A program made the position numbers and the translations under genes. Of a stretch of DNA of 64,000 nt, positions 1-10,658 are shown in pieces. The stretch is from Elusimicrobiota bacterium (GTDB lineage Bacteria; Elusimicrobiota; Elusimicrobia; Elusimicrobiales; UBA9959). The stretch is taken from positions 541-64,540 of the forward strand of contig JBAXKK010000003.1 in the NCBI GenBank assembly GCA_037137395.1. The letters are read 5' to 3'. A model generated the notes under the pieces. The model had not been told where the DNA came from. It did no database searches and was given only the letters and a program-made list of their open reading frames with translations. Each line of letters starts with the position of its first letter. The stretch's first letter is position 1.

Positions 1-501
1 GGTGAATTCTCTTACAACAGACATTCCGTTCTCGACCACAAAACTTTCAACCGCATGGGACACATCGCCCAGTTTCGCTCCGCTCCTGACTTCGGATAGA
101 GCCCTGGAGAGCGAGGCTTCCGTAACAGCCATGAGGCGCAGCATTTCGGGCTTCACAACCCCGACGGCTACGGTAACAGCGGCATCTCCGTAAAAACCGC
201 GGTAGACAGCGCCAAGGTCCATACTGACAAGATCGCCGCTCCGTATGATCCGCTTATCGCTCGGGATTCCGTGGACAACTTCCTCGTTTATTGAAACACA
301 AAGCGCGGCGGGATAGCCCCGGTAGCCGAGAAAGGCGGGGACTGCTTCGCGGCTCCTAATTTCCAGCTCCGCAAAATTGTTCAATTCGGCGGTGGAAACT
401 CCGGCACAAATCTTTTTTTTAAGAAGGCCCAGCACCTGGGCCACTATTTTAGAGGCCTGCCGCATCAGCTCAAGTTCAGCCGCCGTCTTTATTTCGACCA
501 T
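1..501 (-). CDS. map: methionine aminopeptidase type I (N-terminal 167 codons; 3' end beyond window edge)
   Basis: Hand translation of the minus strand from ATG 501 gives MVEIKTAAELELMRQASKIVAQVL...VVHGIPSDKRIIRSGDLVSMDLGAVYRGFYGDAAVTV, which is MetAP-I-like. It follows adk, as in spc operons. It is open at the window edge, so it is absent from the ORF track. Confidence 0.85.
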   Translation of the reverse strand, partial: MVEIKTAAELELMRQASKIVAQVLGLLKKKICAGVSTAELNNFAELEIRSREAVPAFLGYRGYPAALCVSINEEVVHGIPSDKRIIRSGDLVSMDLGAVYRGFYGDAAVTVAVGVVKPEMLRLMAVTEASLSRALSEVRSGAKLGDVSHAVESFVVENGMSVVREFT

Positions 502-524
502 TAAATTGTGCCCGTGCCGCGCTG

Positions 525-1172
525 TCAGACGTTCTTTATTTTCAGAACAGCCGCAATCTCCTGGGTGACAGCCTCCGGATCTTTGTCGCCTTTGACCATG
601 CAAAAATTGCCCATTCCCTTGTAATAAGCCACCAGCGGTTCCGTCTGGTCCTTATAGACTAAAATCCGGCGCCGGATCACTTCAGGCTTATCGTCTTCGC
701 GCAGGATAAGCTTTTCGCTGCAGGCGTCGCAAAGCCCCTCTTTGGCTGGCGGAGAAGTAAGGAGGTTGTATATCTTCTGGCACTTCGGACATGTCCGCCT
801 CGATCCGAGCCTGGCAACCACAGCCTCTTCATCCACATCAAGAAAAATAACGGCGTCTACGCTCTGAGACCGGGAAGTAAAATAATCATCAAGTTCCCGG
901 GCCTGATCCACTGTTCTGGGAAAGCCATCGAATAATAATCCCCTGGTTTCCGTGGCAAGTCTGGTCTTTATAACCTCCAGCACCAGCTTGTCCGGCACCA
1001 GCCTGCCCGCAGAGAGATATCCTGAAACTTCCTGTCCAAGCGTGGTCTTCGCGGAAATAGCCTCTCTGAAGATGTCGCCCGTTGATATATGGAAAAGAGC
1101 GAATTTTTCGCTTAAAACTCTGGCCTGCGTACCCTTACCCGATCCCGGGTAACCCAAAAGAATGAGATTCAT
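525..1172 (-). CDS. adk: adenylate kinase
   Basis: P-loop LLGYPGSGKGTQ; LID domain with Zn knuckle CPKC...CDAC; position between secY and map. Confidence 0.95.
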   Translation of the reverse strand: MNLILLGYPGSGKGTQARVLSEKFALFHISTGDIFREAISAKTTLGQEVSGYLSAGRLVPDKLVLEVIKTRLATETRGLLFDGFPRTVDQARELDDYFTSRSQSVDAVIFLDVDEEAVVARLGSRRTCPKCQKIYNLLTSPPAKEGLCDACSEKLILREDDKPEVIRRRILVYKDQTEPLVAYYKGMGNFCMVKGDKDPEAVTQEIAAVLKIKNV

Positions 1173-1326
1173 TACGCTCTCCCCAAATAACCGATACGTT
1201 AAAGAGTTTTCGCGAGTTGCGAATCAGCGAACTAAGAAATACTGACCCCTGCAACTTTTTCGGACCGAACACGGAATTGCCTTCTAAGCAAACTCAAGAC
1301 CAGCGCAGTCTGCTCAAAACCCGCTC

Positions 1327-2655
1327 TCAACTGCCCACGTTAAACCAACGCCCTTTTATTTTTGAGTTTTTATAGAAACCCTCATAGTTCCGCATTATGA
1401 GATGGGCCTCTGTCTGCGCGATGGTGTCCAGCGCCACGCCGACCACGATCAGCAATGATGTTCCGCCGAAGTAAAACGGCACATTAAGCCTGGCCCGCAT
1501 GTAATCGGGAAGGACCGCCAGCATCGCGACAAAAAGCGCTCCGCCGAGCGTGATCCTGTTCATAACCCATTCTATATACTGGGCCGTGGGGTCTCCGGGC
1601 CTGATACCCGGGATGAACCCGCCCCATTTCTTCATATTATCGGCCAGGTCCTTCGGGTTGATGCTGACCGAATTATAAAAGTAGCAGAAAAACACAATCA
1701 GCGCCACATACATGAGCTGGTAAGTGATATTGCCGTGGTTCATAAATGCCATAACCTTCTGAGCCAGCGGAGAATTAGGATTAAACTGGGTGATGGTGTA
1801 GGGCACGCTCAAAAGGGATACTGCGAATATGACCGCGATAACGCCGGATTGGTCCACTTTAAGAGGCAGGAAGGTGCTAACACCGCCAAACATTTTACGT
1901 CCCACCTGACGCTGAGCGTACTGAATAGGAATCTTGCGCTGCGCGGTCTCTATCCAGATAACAAGGCCGACCACCAGAAACACTATGGCAACTATCATCA
2001 TGCCGGTGAGGAGGCTTATTTCATCTATCTGGACAAGTTTAACCATGCTGCGGATAGCGCTGGGGAGACGATCCACGATACCGGCGAAAATTATCAGTGA
2101 GATACCGTTGCCGATGCCGCGTTCGGTTATTTGTTCGCCCAGCCACATTACGAACACCGTGCCGGTAGTAAGGGTGAGTACCGTAACAAAATAAAAAGCG
2201 AGATCCGTGTTAGGAGCTATGGGCGCCCCGCCGGCGGGCGACATTTTGGTCAGCGCTATGGTAAGGCCCAAGGACTGGAAGGCGGCCAGAAAAAGAGTGA
2301 ACACTCTGGTGAACTGCGTAATTTTTCTGCGACCCAGCTCACCTTCTTTCTGCAGACGGTCAAGTATCGGAAACACGTGTGCCCCCTGCACCAGGCTCAT
2401 AATAATAGAGGCGTTGATATAGGGCATGACGCCCATCGAGAAGATTGAGAATTTACCGAGCGCGCCACCGGAAAAGATGTCCAAAAAGCCCAGAAGGCTA
2501 CCTTGGTTAGCCGCAAAAAGAGCCCTTAGCGCCGCGGTGTCTATGCCTGGAATCGGAATAGTAGCGCCAAGACGATAAACCGCCAGCGCGCCTAAAACAA
2601 AAAGTATCCTTTTTTTGAGTTCCTGAATTTTGAACAAGTCCGTTATCTGTTGCAT
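1327..2655 (-). CDS. secY: preprotein translocase subunit SecY
   Basis: Polytopic SecY-like sequence (GIMPYINASII..., GEQITERGIGNGISLIIFAGIV). Start moved to ATG 2655 (MQQITDLFKIQELKKRILF), since the upstream extension of the track ORF is basic and non-SecY-like. Confidence 0.93.
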   Translation of the reverse strand: MQQITDLFKIQELKKRILFVLGALAVYRLGATIPIPGIDTAALRALFAANQGSLLGFLDIFSGGALGKFSIFSMGVMPYINASIIMSLVQGAHVFPILDRLQKEGELGRRKITQFTRVFTLFLAAFQSLGLTIALTKMSPAGGAPIAPNTDLAFYFVTVLTLTTGTVFVMWLGEQITERGIGNGISLIIFAGIVDRLPSAIRSMVKLVQIDEISLLTGMMIVAIVFLVVGLVIWIETAQRKIPIQYAQRQVGRKMFGGVSTFLPLKVDQSGVIAVIFAVSLLSVPYTITQFNPNSPLAQKVMAFMNHGNITYQLMYVALIVFFCYFYNSVSINPKDLADNMKKWGGFIPGIRPGDPTAQYIEWVMNRITLGGALFVAMLAVLPDYMRARLNVPFYFGGTSLLIVVGVALDTIAQTEAHLIMRNYEGFYKNSKIKGRWFNVGS

Positions 2656-2819
2656 TATTCGCCCCGTTGGAGCTCTCCGCCTGAGATGGACGCGCTCCAC
2701 AAAATTATCCGGCTTAAACTTTTCCCCGGGAAAACCCCGGCATCCTCCATACTAAAACCAACCCCGCGACCGCGGCCCGGGTTAAAACAAATCAACCTGG
2801 CGGACAGTCACGCGGATAG

Positions 2820-3299
2820 CTATTTGGCAGGCTTGGCTTCCGGCTTCGCCTTGATTATAAGTTCGGCCTTGCCGCCGGCCTTCTCTATCTTTTCCTTGGC
2901 CGAGCCGGAAAAAGCGTGAGCCTTAACCGTTAATTTTTTATTAATTATGCCGTCACCGAGAACCTTTATCAAATCGCCTTTCTTTATCAGTCTTTTCCTG
3001 ACAAGAAGCTCAGGGGTAACTTCGGTCCCGTTTTCAAAATGTTTGTCGAGTATGGAAACGTTGGTCCACTCATACACTACTCGGAAACGCCTGTTGCTGA
3101 ATCCACTCTTGGGGATACGCCGCAACAGCGGCATCTGGCCGCCTTCAAAACCGTCGCGCTTGGAGCCGCCCGCGGTAGCATTCTGGCCCTTCTGACCTTT
3201 AGTGGAGGTTTGGCCGTGTCCCGAACCCTGTCCGGTACCGAGCCTTTTTTTTCTGTGAACGGAGCCCGGTTTAGGGCGGAGCTGGTGTATGCCTGGCAT
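2820..3299 (-). CDS. rplO: 50S ribosomal protein L15
   Basis: HRKKRLGTGQGSGHGQTS...GFEGGQMPLLRRIPKSGF is the L15 signature; the gene lies directly after rpsE. Confidence 0.9.
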   Translation of the reverse strand: MPGIHQLRPKPGSVHRKKRLGTGQGSGHGQTSTKGQKGQNATAGGSKRDGFEGGQMPLLRRIPKSGFSNRRFRVVYEWTNVSILDKHFENGTEVTPELLVRKRLIKKGDLIKVLGDGIINKKLTVKAHAFSGSAKEKIEKAGGKAELIIKAKPEAKPAK

Positions 3300-3300
3300 A

Positions 3301-3867
3301 TTATTTATCTCCTCTCATCTTTAAAACTTCTTCCCGGCTGCGAAGCTTCTTCAATGCGTCAAGAGTCGCGTAAACGGTGTTGAATGAATTTCTGCTGCCG
3401 AGGTTCTTGGTAAGAATGTTCTTCACGCCGCCGGCTTCCAGCACGGCGCGCACACCTCCGCCGGCTATAAGACCGGTGCCGCCCACCGCGGGTTTCATCC
3501 AAACGTGGCCCGCGCCGAAATAGCCTTCCGCTTCGTGGGGTATGGTAGAACCTTTAAGCGGGAAAGTGATCATTTCCTTGCGGGCGCCTGCCGTGGCCTT
3601 TTGGATAGCGACCTGAACTTCGTTGGACTTGCCTAAAGCAACTCCGACCGAGCCGGCGCTGTCTCCGACCACCACGAGAGCGTTGAAGGAAAATCTTTTG
3701 CCGCCCTTTACAACCTTGGTGACCCTGTTTATGGCTACGACCACGGTCTTTTCTTCCGCGACCGGGCCTATTTCCAGTTCCAGCATCTCCGCGGCAGCTA
3801 CGACCTTGGACGGGCCGTCGGCGTTGAGTTCTTTCTCGGTCCTTAATTGTTTCTGATTTCTAAGCAT
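3301..3867 (-). CDS. rpsE: 30S ribosomal protein S5
   Basis: [27 protein letters not shown] and [25 protein letters not shown] motifs. Confidence 0.92.
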   Translation of the reverse strand: MLRNQKQLRTEKELNADGPSKVVAAAEMLELEIGPVAEEKTVVVAINRVTKVVKGGKRFSFNALVVVGDSAGSVGVALGKSNEVQVAIQKATAGARKEMITFPLKGSTIPHEAEGYFGAGHVWMKPAVGGTGLIAGGGVRAVLEAGGVKNILTKNLGSRNSFNTVYATLDALKKLRSREEVLKMRGDK

Positions 3868-3887
3868 TATTCATTCTCCGTAGTTGC

Positions 3888-3984
3888 AAGGATTAAGCGT
3901 TAAGGATTAAGCGAGCAAGAATTAAGTTTTTAATTCCTTACCTCTTGAGACTTACTCCTTACACCTTACTACTTATTCCTTTAC
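3888..3984. repeat. intercistronic imperfect inverted repeat, AAGGATTAAG-word family
   Basis: Purine-rich arm aaggattaagcgttaaggattaagcgagcaagaattaag, loop ttttt, pyrimidine-rich arm aattccttacctcttgagacttactccttacaccttactacttattcctttac. Lies between rpsE and rplR. Confidence 0.7.
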
Positions 3985-4001
3985 ATCCGATTAACGATAT
4001 T

Positions 4002-4364
4002 CTAAAACTTAAGACCGGCTTCTCTGGCCGCGTCGGCCAGCGCCTTTATCCTGCCGTGGAATATCCGGCCTCCACGATCAAAACAAACTTCCTTAACACC
4101 TTTCTCTATGGCCCTTTTGGCAACGAGCGCGCCCACAACCTTGGCAGTTTCCAGACTCTTGCCGGACTTCACCTTGCCCTTCAGCTCTTTGTCCACGCTG
4201 GAGGCGCAGGCAAGGGTCAAACCCTTAGCGTCGTCAACGACCTGGGCGTAAAGGTGCTTATCGCTCCGGTACACGCTCAGGCGGGGCCTGGTAAAAGCGT
4301 TGGCCTGAAGACTTCTTCTGGTGCGATCCTTTCTGAACTGGTATCTTTCCTGTTTGCTTATCAT
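4002..4364 (-). CDS. rplR: 50S ribosomal protein L18
   Basis: [20 protein letters not shown]...[26 protein letters not shown]. Confidence 0.92.
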   Translation of the reverse strand: MISKQERYQFRKDRTRRSLQANAFTRPRLSVYRSDKHLYAQVVDDAKGLTLACASSVDKELKGKVKSGKSLETAKVVGALVAKRAIEKGVKEVCFDRGGRIFHGRIKALADAAREAGLKF

Positions 4365-4450
4365 ATATGGTCTTCTTCCTTACTTGAATTGGCGGCACTT
4401 GCAAAAGTATCATTTCTCAGACGCGGAGGTTAACGCCTCCCGCCCGAAGC

Positions 4451-5032
4451 TTATTTCTTCGCCGCGCCGGCTCCGGCGCCGCCGGAGCTCGCACCCGCCG
4501 CGGTCTTACCGGCCTTGCGGATGATATGCTCGCCCTGATATTTGATCCCGGTGCCCTTATAGGGTTCCGGCGGTTTCACCCTTTTGATCTGTGCTGCCAG
4601 ATTCCCCACCACATCTCTGTCAATGCCGCTTATGGTAAGAATAGTCGCCTTGGGATCAAAAGTCATCTTGATGCCCTGGGGTATATCCATTATGACGGGA
4701 TGCGAGAAACCTAATTGCATTGTGAGCCTGGCCCCCTCCACCACGCCTTTGAAACCCACGCCGTTAATCTCCAGCACTTTATTAAATCCAAGCAGAACGC
4801 CGTTAACCATATTGTTAACCCGCGCCCTGATGGTGCCGTAAAGGGCGGCCTTTCCGATCGCCCCGCCCGCCACGCTTAAATTGACCTTGCCATCTTTAAC
4901 CTCGGCAAGTATACCGTCAGGAAGCGCGTAAGAAAGCTTGCCCAGCGGTCCGTCCACGAACACCTGACCGCCTTCCACTCTGACTTTTACCTTCTCTGGA
5001 ACTACTACAGGTTTTCTTCCGATTCTGCTCAT
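4451..5032 (-). CDS. rplF: 50S ribosomal protein L6
   Basis: MSRIGRKPVVVPEKVKV...PEPYKGTGIKYQGEHI; Gly/Ala-rich C-terminal tail. Confidence 0.92.
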   Translation of the reverse strand: MSRIGRKPVVVPEKVKVRVEGGQVFVDGPLGKLSYALPDGILAEVKDGKVNLSVAGGAIGKAALYGTIRARVNNMVNGVLLGFNKVLEINGVGFKGVVEGARLTMQLGFSHPVIMDIPQGIKMTFDPKATILTISGIDRDVVGNLAAQIKRVKPPEPYKGTGIKYQGEHIIRKAGKTAAGASSGGAGAGAAKK

Positions 5033-5089
5033 AAATGTTACCTCTTAAATTAACTTTCTTTCCTCTACCCTGAACCCTCTACCCTTTCT

Positions 5090-5497
5090 TTACCACACCT
5101 GGCAGAGCACTTCTCCGCCTATTTTCTGCTTCTTGGCTTCGGAGTCAGTCATTAAACCTTTGGAGGTGGAAAGTATGCTCACGCCGAAAGCGGCGCGGAC
5201 CCTGGGGATCGCGTCGTGAGGCCGGTAAATCCTCAAACCCGGACGGGATACTCTTTTTATGCCGGTTATGACCGGGCGCTTGTCCTGTGTATATTTCAGG
5301 GTTATCCTTATGATGCCGCGCCTGTCTATACTCTTATCGGTTTTGGGATCTATTACTTTGTAATTGGAAACAAAACCCTCGTCTTTAAGCAGTTTTACAA
5401 CCGATGTTTTGATGTTTGAAAAAGGCACATCAACTCTTTCTTTGTTCTTCGCCACGGCGTTCCGTATCGAAGTCAGCATGTTGGATATGGGGTCCAT
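5090..5497 (-). CDS. rpsH: 30S ribosomal protein S8
   Basis: MDPISNMLTSIRNA...GGEVLCQVW. Start set at ATG 5497, which sits 7 nt after a GGAG. Confidence 0.92.
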   Translation of the reverse strand: MDPISNMLTSIRNAVAKNKERVDVPFSNIKTSVVKLLKDEGFVSNYKVIDPKTDKSIDRRGIIRITLKYTQDKRPVITGIKRVSRPGLRIYRPHDAIPRVRAAFGVSILSTSKGLMTDSEAKKQKIGGEVLCQVW

Positions 5498-5518
5498 TCG
5501 TTTCTCCTTCAAAAAAAT

Positions 5519-5613
5519 AAGTAAGTTATAAGTTTTAAGTAGTAAGTGGTAAGCGGGTAAAGTTTTTAAAATTAATCCTTAAAACTTAATCCTTAACACT
5601 TACTTCTTGCCAC
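5519..5613. repeat. intercistronic imperfect inverted repeat (GTAAGT/TAAGG word family)
   Basis: aagtaagttataagttttaagtagtaagtggtaagcgggtaaag / tttttaaa / attaatccttaaaacttaatccttaacacttacttcttgccac. Lies between rpsH and rpsN. Confidence 0.65.
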
Positions 5614-5619
5614 TGTTAG

Positions 5620-5805
5620 CTACCAACTGGACTTCTTAAGCCCCGGTATAAGACCTTCGTGGGCCATTTTCCGGAGGCAGATCCTGCAGAGTCCGAAATC
5701 CCTGTAGTAGCCCCTGGGTCTCCCGCATATCTGACACCTGTTCCTGAAGCGCGTGGAAAACTTCTGGGGTTTGCGCATCTTCGCCATCCAAGCGTATGTT
5801 GCCAT
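5620..5805 (-). CDS. rpsN: 30S ribosomal protein S14, zinc-ribbon (type Z) form, 61 aa
   Basis: [61 protein letters not shown], with a CxxC...CxxC motif. ATG 5805 is preceded by GGAAGGAG. Confidence 0.9.
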   Translation of the reverse strand: MATYAWMAKMRKPQKFSTRFRNRCQICGRPRGYYRDFGLCRICLRKMAHEGLIPGLKKSSW

Positions 5806-5884
5806 ATCTGCTCCTTCCTTTTGATCCTTACTGCCCTCGCCCCCCATCCGCCTGCGGACGGGGGTAACCGTCGGGGGCGAAACT

Positions 5885-6502
5885 TTAGCGCCGAACGGCG
5901 TGCACTTCCGGCTTCTTAAACGGCATGCCCAGATGCTCGAAAAGGACTTTAGCCTTATCGTTGTCGCCGGCCGTAGTAACAAAAGTGATGTTCATGCCGC
6001 GAGCCTTGGGAGATTTTTCCTGATTTACTTCCGGGAAAATGTGATGCTCTTTAAGGCCGATATTCAGGTTTCCGCGGCCGTCAAAATACCTGGGGTCCAC
6101 ACCCTGAAAGTCGCGTATCCTGGGCACGGAGAGTGAGATGAAACGATCCAAAAACTCGTACATCATTATGCCGCGCAGCGTCACGCGAACAGCGATAGGC
6201 ATACCCTCGCGCAGCTTGAAGTTGGAAATAGACTTCTTAGCCCGCCTGATCTGGGGCGCTTGGCCGGCGATCTGGGCGAGATCTTCCTTGGCGAGATCGA
6301 GGGCCTGGATGTTCTCCTTCGCCTCGCTTACTCCGATATTAATGACGATCTTGGTTATCTTAGGCACCGCCATAGGTGATTTAAGAGACAGATCCTTCAT
6401 CAGGGCCGGGACCACTGTTTTAAGATAAAGCTCTTTCATCCTCGGCGTATAATTCTTAGGCAGAGCCTGCTGATTTTCTTCTTTCTTGTTTTCCTTAGTC
6501 AT
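5885..6502 (-). CDS. rplE: 50S ribosomal protein L5
   Basis: [19 protein letters not shown]...[10 protein letters not shown]...[17 protein letters not shown]; short Lys/Glu-rich N-terminal extension. Confidence 0.9.
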   Translation of the reverse strand: MTKENKKEENQQALPKNYTPRMKELYLKTVVPALMKDLSLKSPMAVPKITKIVINIGVSEAKENIQALDLAKEDLAQIAGQAPQIRRAKKSISNFKLREGMPIAVRVTLRGIMMYEFLDRFISLSVPRIRDFQGVDPRYFDGRGNLNIGLKEHHIFPEVNQEKSPKARGMNITFVTTAGDNDKAKVLFEHLGMPFKKPEVHAVRR

Positions 6503-6516
6503 TTAAAAAACACCTC

Positions 6517-6828
6517 TTATAGTATAACTTCGCCGCATTTGCGGCAGGCGCGCATCTTGTCTCCGGAGGGCGCCGTGGAGACCTTGGTCTTCACCGGCTT
6601 ATCACACTTGGGGCAGATAATCTGCACGTTCGAAATATGTATGGAGGCTTCGAGCTTGTGGATGCCGCCGGGCTTTTCCTTGGTGGTGCGCTTGTGCTTG
6701 GACACGATATTTACGCCCATAACCACGACTCTGTCGCTATCAGGGCGAATCTCTTTAATCTCGCCCTTCTTGCCCTTATCCTTGCCGGCCATCACCATGA
6801 CGATGTCTTTCTTTTTAAGTCTTAGCAT
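6517..6828 (-). CDS. rplX: 50S ribosomal protein L24
   Basis: KOW motif KKKDIVMVMAGKDKGKKGEI; C-terminal CPKC...CRKC pair. Confidence 0.9.
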   Translation of the reverse strand: MLRLKKKDIVMVMAGKDKGKKGEIKEIRPDSDRVVVMGVNIVSKHKRTTKEKPGGIHKLEASIHISNVQIICPKCDKPVKTKVSTAPSGDKMRACRKCGEVIL

Positions 6829-6844
6829 ATTGTTTCCTTAACGA

Positions 6845-7213
6845 TTAAATTACTTCGGGAGCCAGTGAAACTATCTTGAGGAAGTTCTTGGCTCTGAGCT
6901 CTCTGGCCACGGGGCCGAATACGCGGGTACCCCTGGGCTCACCATTGGCGTCTATAAGACAGACAGCGTTGTCGTCGAAACGGATATACGAACCGTCCTT
7001 GCGCCGGGATTCCTTCCTGCACCTGACAACCACACCCTTCACCACTTCGCCCTTCTTCACGGCGCCGTGAGGAATAGCGTCTTTCACCGAGCAGACCACG
7101 ATATCGCCTAAAAAAGCGTAACGCCGAGTGCTGCCGCCCAGAACCATAAAACACATCAACTTTTTGGCTCCGGAATTATCCGCCACATTCAACATTGTTC
7201 TTAACTGTATCAT
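6845..7213 (-). CDS. rplN: 50S ribosomal protein L14
   Basis: [21 protein letters not shown]...[10 protein letters not shown]...GPVARELR. Confidence 0.95.
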   Translation of the reverse strand: MIQLRTMLNVADNSGAKKLMCFMVLGGSTRRYAFLGDIVVCSVKDAIPHGAVKKGEVVKGVVVRCRKESRRKDGSYIRFDDNAVCLIDANGEPRGTRVFGPVARELRAKNFLKIVSLAPEVI

Positions 7214-7244
7214 AAAGCATTCTCCAGTTTTGCAGCTACCCTTA

Positions 7245-7517
7245 TTAAATCCGGGCCTTTTCTATAATGCGCGAGATCCTCCACCTTTTAAGGGTGGACA
7301 GCGGCCTCGTGCTCATGATCTCAACCGTATCGCCGGCTTTTGACTCGTTCGCCTCGTCATGGGCGTAAAATTTCTCGTTGCTTCTCAGGGTCTTGGAATA
7401 AGCGCTATGGCGGGTCGTGCGTTCCACGCTTATAACGCGGGTCTTGTTCATTTTATCAGACACCACAACCCCGCGGAAAACTTTTCTGGCGTTCCTTTCA
7501 ATTTTATTTTCGGTCAT
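7245..7517 (-). CDS. rpsQ: 30S ribosomal protein S17
   Basis: [45 protein letters not shown]. Confidence 0.9.
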   Translation of the reverse strand: MTENKIERNARKVFRGVVVSDKMNKTRVISVERTTRHSAYSKTLRSNEKFYAHDEANESKAGDTVEIMSTRPLSTLKRWRISRIIEKARI

Positions 7518-7750
7518 TATTTTTTCACCTCTGCCGTTTTGCCGGCGGTTTCGGCGCGCTGCTTCGCTCCGATGTATGTTTTGATCACGGCCATCTTGCG
7601 TCTTATGAGCCTGATCTCCAGCGGATTTTCAAGCGGCGAAGACGACCTTTTGAACTTTATCTGAAAGAGGCGTTTCTCCAGATCCCGCAGTTGGGATTTG
7701 AGTTCCGCTTCAGACATATTCTTCAAATTCTCTTTATCTTTTCTCTTCAT
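7517..7750 (-). CDS. rpmC: 50S ribosomal protein L29
   Basis: MSEAELKSQLRDLEKRLFQIKFK. Start set at ATG 7750, downstream of the rplP stop. Its stop overlaps the rpsQ start (TAATG). Confidence 0.85.
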   Translation of the reverse strand: MKRKDKENLKNMSEAELKSQLRDLEKRLFQIKFKRSSSPLENPLEIRLIRRKMAVIKTYIGAKQRAETAGKTAEVKK

Positions 7751-7805
7751 ATTTCTAACTCCGTAACTACCCAGATTATTTAGACTGAGGACTGTCAACT
7801 ATAAG

Positions 7806-8219
7806 CTAGTCGTTTCTGGCTACAAATCTCGTCCGTATCGGCAGCTTGTGGCTGGCTCTGGTAAAAGCCGTTTTGGCGGTTAACAGGTCCAAACCCTCAA
7901 CTTCAAACAGAATCCTTCCCGGCTTAACGACCGCGACCCAATGATCGGGCGCACCTTTACCTTTACCCATTCGGGTTTCAGCGGGGTGCTTGGTAACGGC
8001 CTTATCGGGGAATATCCTTATCCAGACCTTTCCCTTCTTTCTGACAAAGCGCATTATGGCCACGCGGCAGGCTTCTATCTGGCGAGCCGTGATCCAGCGG
8101 GGCTCAAGAGCCTTCAGCCCGTATTCCCCGAAAACAATAACTGCACCGCCCTTGGTATTGCCCTTTATCCGCGGAGCGGAGTGGGTTTTTCTGTATTTAA
8201 CCCTTTTTGGCATCAACAT
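7806..8219 (-). CDS. rplP: 50S ribosomal protein L16
   Basis: [14 protein letters not shown]...[15 protein letters not shown]...[28 protein letters not shown]. Confidence 0.95.
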   Translation of the reverse strand: MLMPKRVKYRKTHSAPRIKGNTKGGAVIVFGEYGLKALEPRWITARQIEACRVAIMRFVRKKGKVWIRIFPDKAVTKHPAETRMGKGKGAPDHWVAVVKPGRILFEVEGLDLLTAKTAFTRASHKLPIRTRFVARND

Positions 8220-8263
8220 AAAATTATTCTCCTTAAATAGCGTCCGGGGTGGAACTTCCCCCT

Positions 8264-8995
8264 TTACTTCGTCTCTTCCGCCGATACGGCAGCGTCAATG
8301 TTCACCGGAACTTCCATCGGGGTTTCGGACTGCAGCTTCTTCAGCTGTTCCATAAGTTCCCTGGGGGTCTTGGCGAAGAAGAGCTTTTTAAATATCCACA
8401 CTTTTACTCCGATCTTACCCATAGTCGTATTGGCTTCAGTTAAACCGTAATCGATGTCGGCCGATAGGGTCTGCAGCGGCACGCGGCCCTTGCGGAACCA
8501 CTCGCGGCGGGCGATCTCAGAGCCGCCGAGACGTCCGGAAACCATGACTTTTATGCCTTGGGCGCCGGAACCCATTGTGCGCTCCATGGCGCGCTTGATG
8601 GCCTTTTTATGCCCCATGCGCTTCTCAAGCTGCTGCGCGATAGACTGCCCGACCAGCCTGGGATCCATTTCCGCGATTTTTATCTCCGAAACATTGATAA
8701 ATACTTTTCTGCTTGTGAGCGCTTCAACGTCTTTTTTAAGGCTCTCTATGTCCATGCCGCGGCGGCCGATAACTATACCGGGGCGGGCGGTGTGAATGGT
8801 CAGTTTGAGATAGGAACCGGCTCTTTCAATACCGACCCAGCTGACCGAGGCCTGCTGAAAACGATCGCGCACCATGCGTCTGATTTCAAAATCTTCTCCG
8901 ATTAGCTCCGGCATCTTGTGCACGGAGAACCACTTGGACTGCCAGTCCTGAATGTACCCGAGCCTGATACCGCGGGGATGAATTTTTTGACCCAT
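8264..8995 (-). CDS. rpsC: 30S ribosomal protein S3
   Basis: [23 protein letters not shown]...KH domain...[13 protein letters not shown]. Confidence 0.95.
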   Translation of the reverse strand: MGQKIHPRGIRLGYIQDWQSKWFSVHKMPELIGEDFEIRRMVRDRFQQASVSWVGIERAGSYLKLTIHTARPGIVIGRRGMDIESLKKDVEALTSRKVFINVSEIKIAEMDPRLVGQSIAQQLEKRMGHKKAIKRAMERTMGSGAQGIKVMVSGRLGGSEIARREWFRKGRVPLQTLSADIDYGLTEANTTMGKIGVKVWIFKKLFFAKTPRELMEQLKKLQSETPMEVPVNIDAAVSAEETK

Positions 8996-9000
8996 ATAAA

Positions 9001-9085
9001 GTTAGTGATTAGTGGACAGTGTTTAGTGGTTAACGGTTAAAGAGCATCATCTCCTGTCCGCTTCACTATTCGCTGTTCGCTAGTT
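9001..9085. repeat. intercistronic imperfect inverted repeat (GTTTAGTGG / CACTATTCGC word family)
   Basis: gttagtgattagtggacagtgtttagtggttaacgg ... cctgtccgcttcactattcgctgttcgctagttc. Lies between rpsC and rplV. Confidence 0.65.
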
Positions 9086-9442
9086 CTACTTGCCTCCTTT
9101 AGTGTCGGAAACGGTCACGGTTATGTGACACATTTTCCTTTTGAACGGCATTGCTCTGCCCTGGGGACCGGGCTGAACTCTTCTCAGCATCTTCATCGGG
9201 CCCTGGTCAGCGAAAGCCGATGTTACCCATATGGCCTTGAGATCCAGTTTTTTTCCCAATTTAACCGACAGGTTGGCACCGGCGGACTTGACAGCATCCT
9301 GCACCAGCTCCGTGGCTCTCATGGGAATGCTTGCCAGAATCTGCTCGGCCTGATACAGGTTCTTTCCCCTGATCTGGTCAAGCAGCTGCCCGACTTTCCG
9401 GCGACCATACCGCTGATATTTCAATTTGCAGATAGCTTCCAT
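9086..9442 (-). CDS. rplV: 50S ribosomal protein L22
   Basis: [27 protein letters not shown]...; ATG 9442 lies behind a GGAG, while the track start is a TTG 12 nt upstream. Confidence 0.9.
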   Translation of the reverse strand: MEAICKLKYQRYGRRKVGQLLDQIRGKNLYQAEQILASIPMRATELVQDAVKSAGANLSVKLGKKLDLKAIWVTSAFADQGPMKMLRRVQPGPQGRAMPFKRKMCHITVTVSDTKGGK

Positions 9443-9469
9443 AGTTGACTCCAATTGATAAGCGTTAAT

Positions 9470-9497
9470 ATTTCGTTTAGTGGCTAGTGATCAGCTG
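9470..9497. repeat. short copy of the GTTTAGTGG word set
   Basis: ttcgtttagtggctagtgatcagctg uses the same words as 9001-9036, so rplV is flanked by them on both sides. Confidence 0.5.
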
Positions 9498-9785
9498 TTA
9501 CGTTAAAGCTGTGGCTTCTTTAGTATGCGACTGACCATGACCCTTGAAGAGCCTGGTAAAAGAAAACTCGCCCAGTTTATGTCCGACCATTCTCTCAGTC
9601 ACATAGACCGGCAGAAACTTCCTACCGTTATGCACCATAAAAGTCTGCCCGACGAAAGCCGGAGTAATCGTGCATGTTCTGGACCAGGTTTTAATCGGCT
9701 TTTTTTCGCCGGCCTGAACCATCTTCTGCACCTTTTCGGCCAGTTTAGCGTCAACGAAAGGACCCTTTTTTGATGACCTGCTCAT
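9498..9785 (-). CDS. rpsS: 30S ribosomal protein S19
   Basis: [15 protein letters not shown]...[24 protein letters not shown]. Confidence 0.95.
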   Translation of the reverse strand: MSRSSKKGPFVDAKLAEKVQKMVQAGEKKPIKTWSRTCTITPAFVGQTFMVHNGRKFLPVYVTERMVGHKLGEFSFTRLFKGHGQSHTKEATALT

Positions 9786-9798
9786 TTAAAAACCTCCG

Positions 9799-10638
9799 TT
9801 AAATTGACTTCGCTTTACGCCTGTCTTCTATGATCATCCAGGACCATATTTTTTTCTTTGTCCTGGTTTTGAAGCCCTTGGACGGCTGATTCCACGGAGA
9901 GCGCGGAACGTTATTACCCTTGGAATGTCCTCTGCCTCCGCCGAGCGGATGGTCGCAGGCGTTCATAGCGGCACCGCGGACGGTCGGCCTCACGCCTATG
10001 TGGCGCTTGCGTCCGGCCTTGCCGAGAGTGATAGTGTTATGCTCGATATTTCCAACCTGGCCGATGGTGGCGAGACAGTTCTTAAGGACTTTCCGGATCT
10101 CGCCTGACGGCATTTTCAGAAGAGCGTAGTCCCCTTCCTTGGCCATAAGCTGAGCCTGAGTGCCCGCGGCGCGCACGAATTGGGCGCCCTTGCCGGGAAT
10201 CATCTCTATGGCGTGAACGAAAGAACCTTCAGGGATATTCACCAGCGGAAGGGCGTTCCCGAGCCTGATATCGGCCTTGGGGCCGCTCATCACGGTGGCG
10301 CCGACTCCGAGACCCAACGGGGCAGGTATATAGCGCTTTTCACCGTCCACGTAGAACAGCAGGGCTATGCGGGCGTTGCGATTGGGGTCGTACTCTATAG
10401 CCGCGACCCGGGCGGGCACGCCGAATTTCTCGCGTTTAAAATCGATTGTGCGGTAACTGCGTTTATGTCCGCCGCCGTGGTGTCGCACCATCACCATACC
10501 GGTGTTGTTGCGTCCGCCGTGCTTCCTGAGGCCGCGCGAGAGCTTTTTTTCCGGCACCGTTTTGGTGATATCGGAAAAGTCGCTCATCTGCAGTGTCCTT
10601 CTGGACGGTGTATATGGTCTATATGATTTAACTGGCAT
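9799..10638 (-). CDS. rplB: 50S ribosomal protein L2
   Basis: [26 protein letters not shown]...[21 protein letters not shown]. Confidence 0.95.
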   Translation of the reverse strand: MPVKSYRPYTPSRRTLQMSDFSDITKTVPEKKLSRGLRKHGGRNNTGMVMVRHHGGGHKRSYRTIDFKREKFGVPARVAAIEYDPNRNARIALLFYVDGEKRYIPAPLGLGVGATVMSGPKADIRLGNALPLVNIPEGSFVHAIEMIPGKGAQFVRAAGTQAQLMAKEGDYALLKMPSGEIRKVLKNCLATIGQVGNIEHNTITLGKAGRKRHIGVRPTVRGAAMNACDHPLGGGRGHSKGNNVPRSPWNQPSKGFKTRTKKKIWSWMIIEDRRKAKSI

Positions 10639-10658
10639 ATTTCTGGTCCTCTTTGTAC

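Noticed and set aside
5620-5982. 120-aa extended version of the S14 ORF overlapping the rplE 3' end
   Set aside because: The internal ATG at 5805 with a GGAAGGAG SD gives exactly the 61-aa zinc-ribbon S14. The upstream extension overlaps rplE and is Arg/Pro-rich junk.
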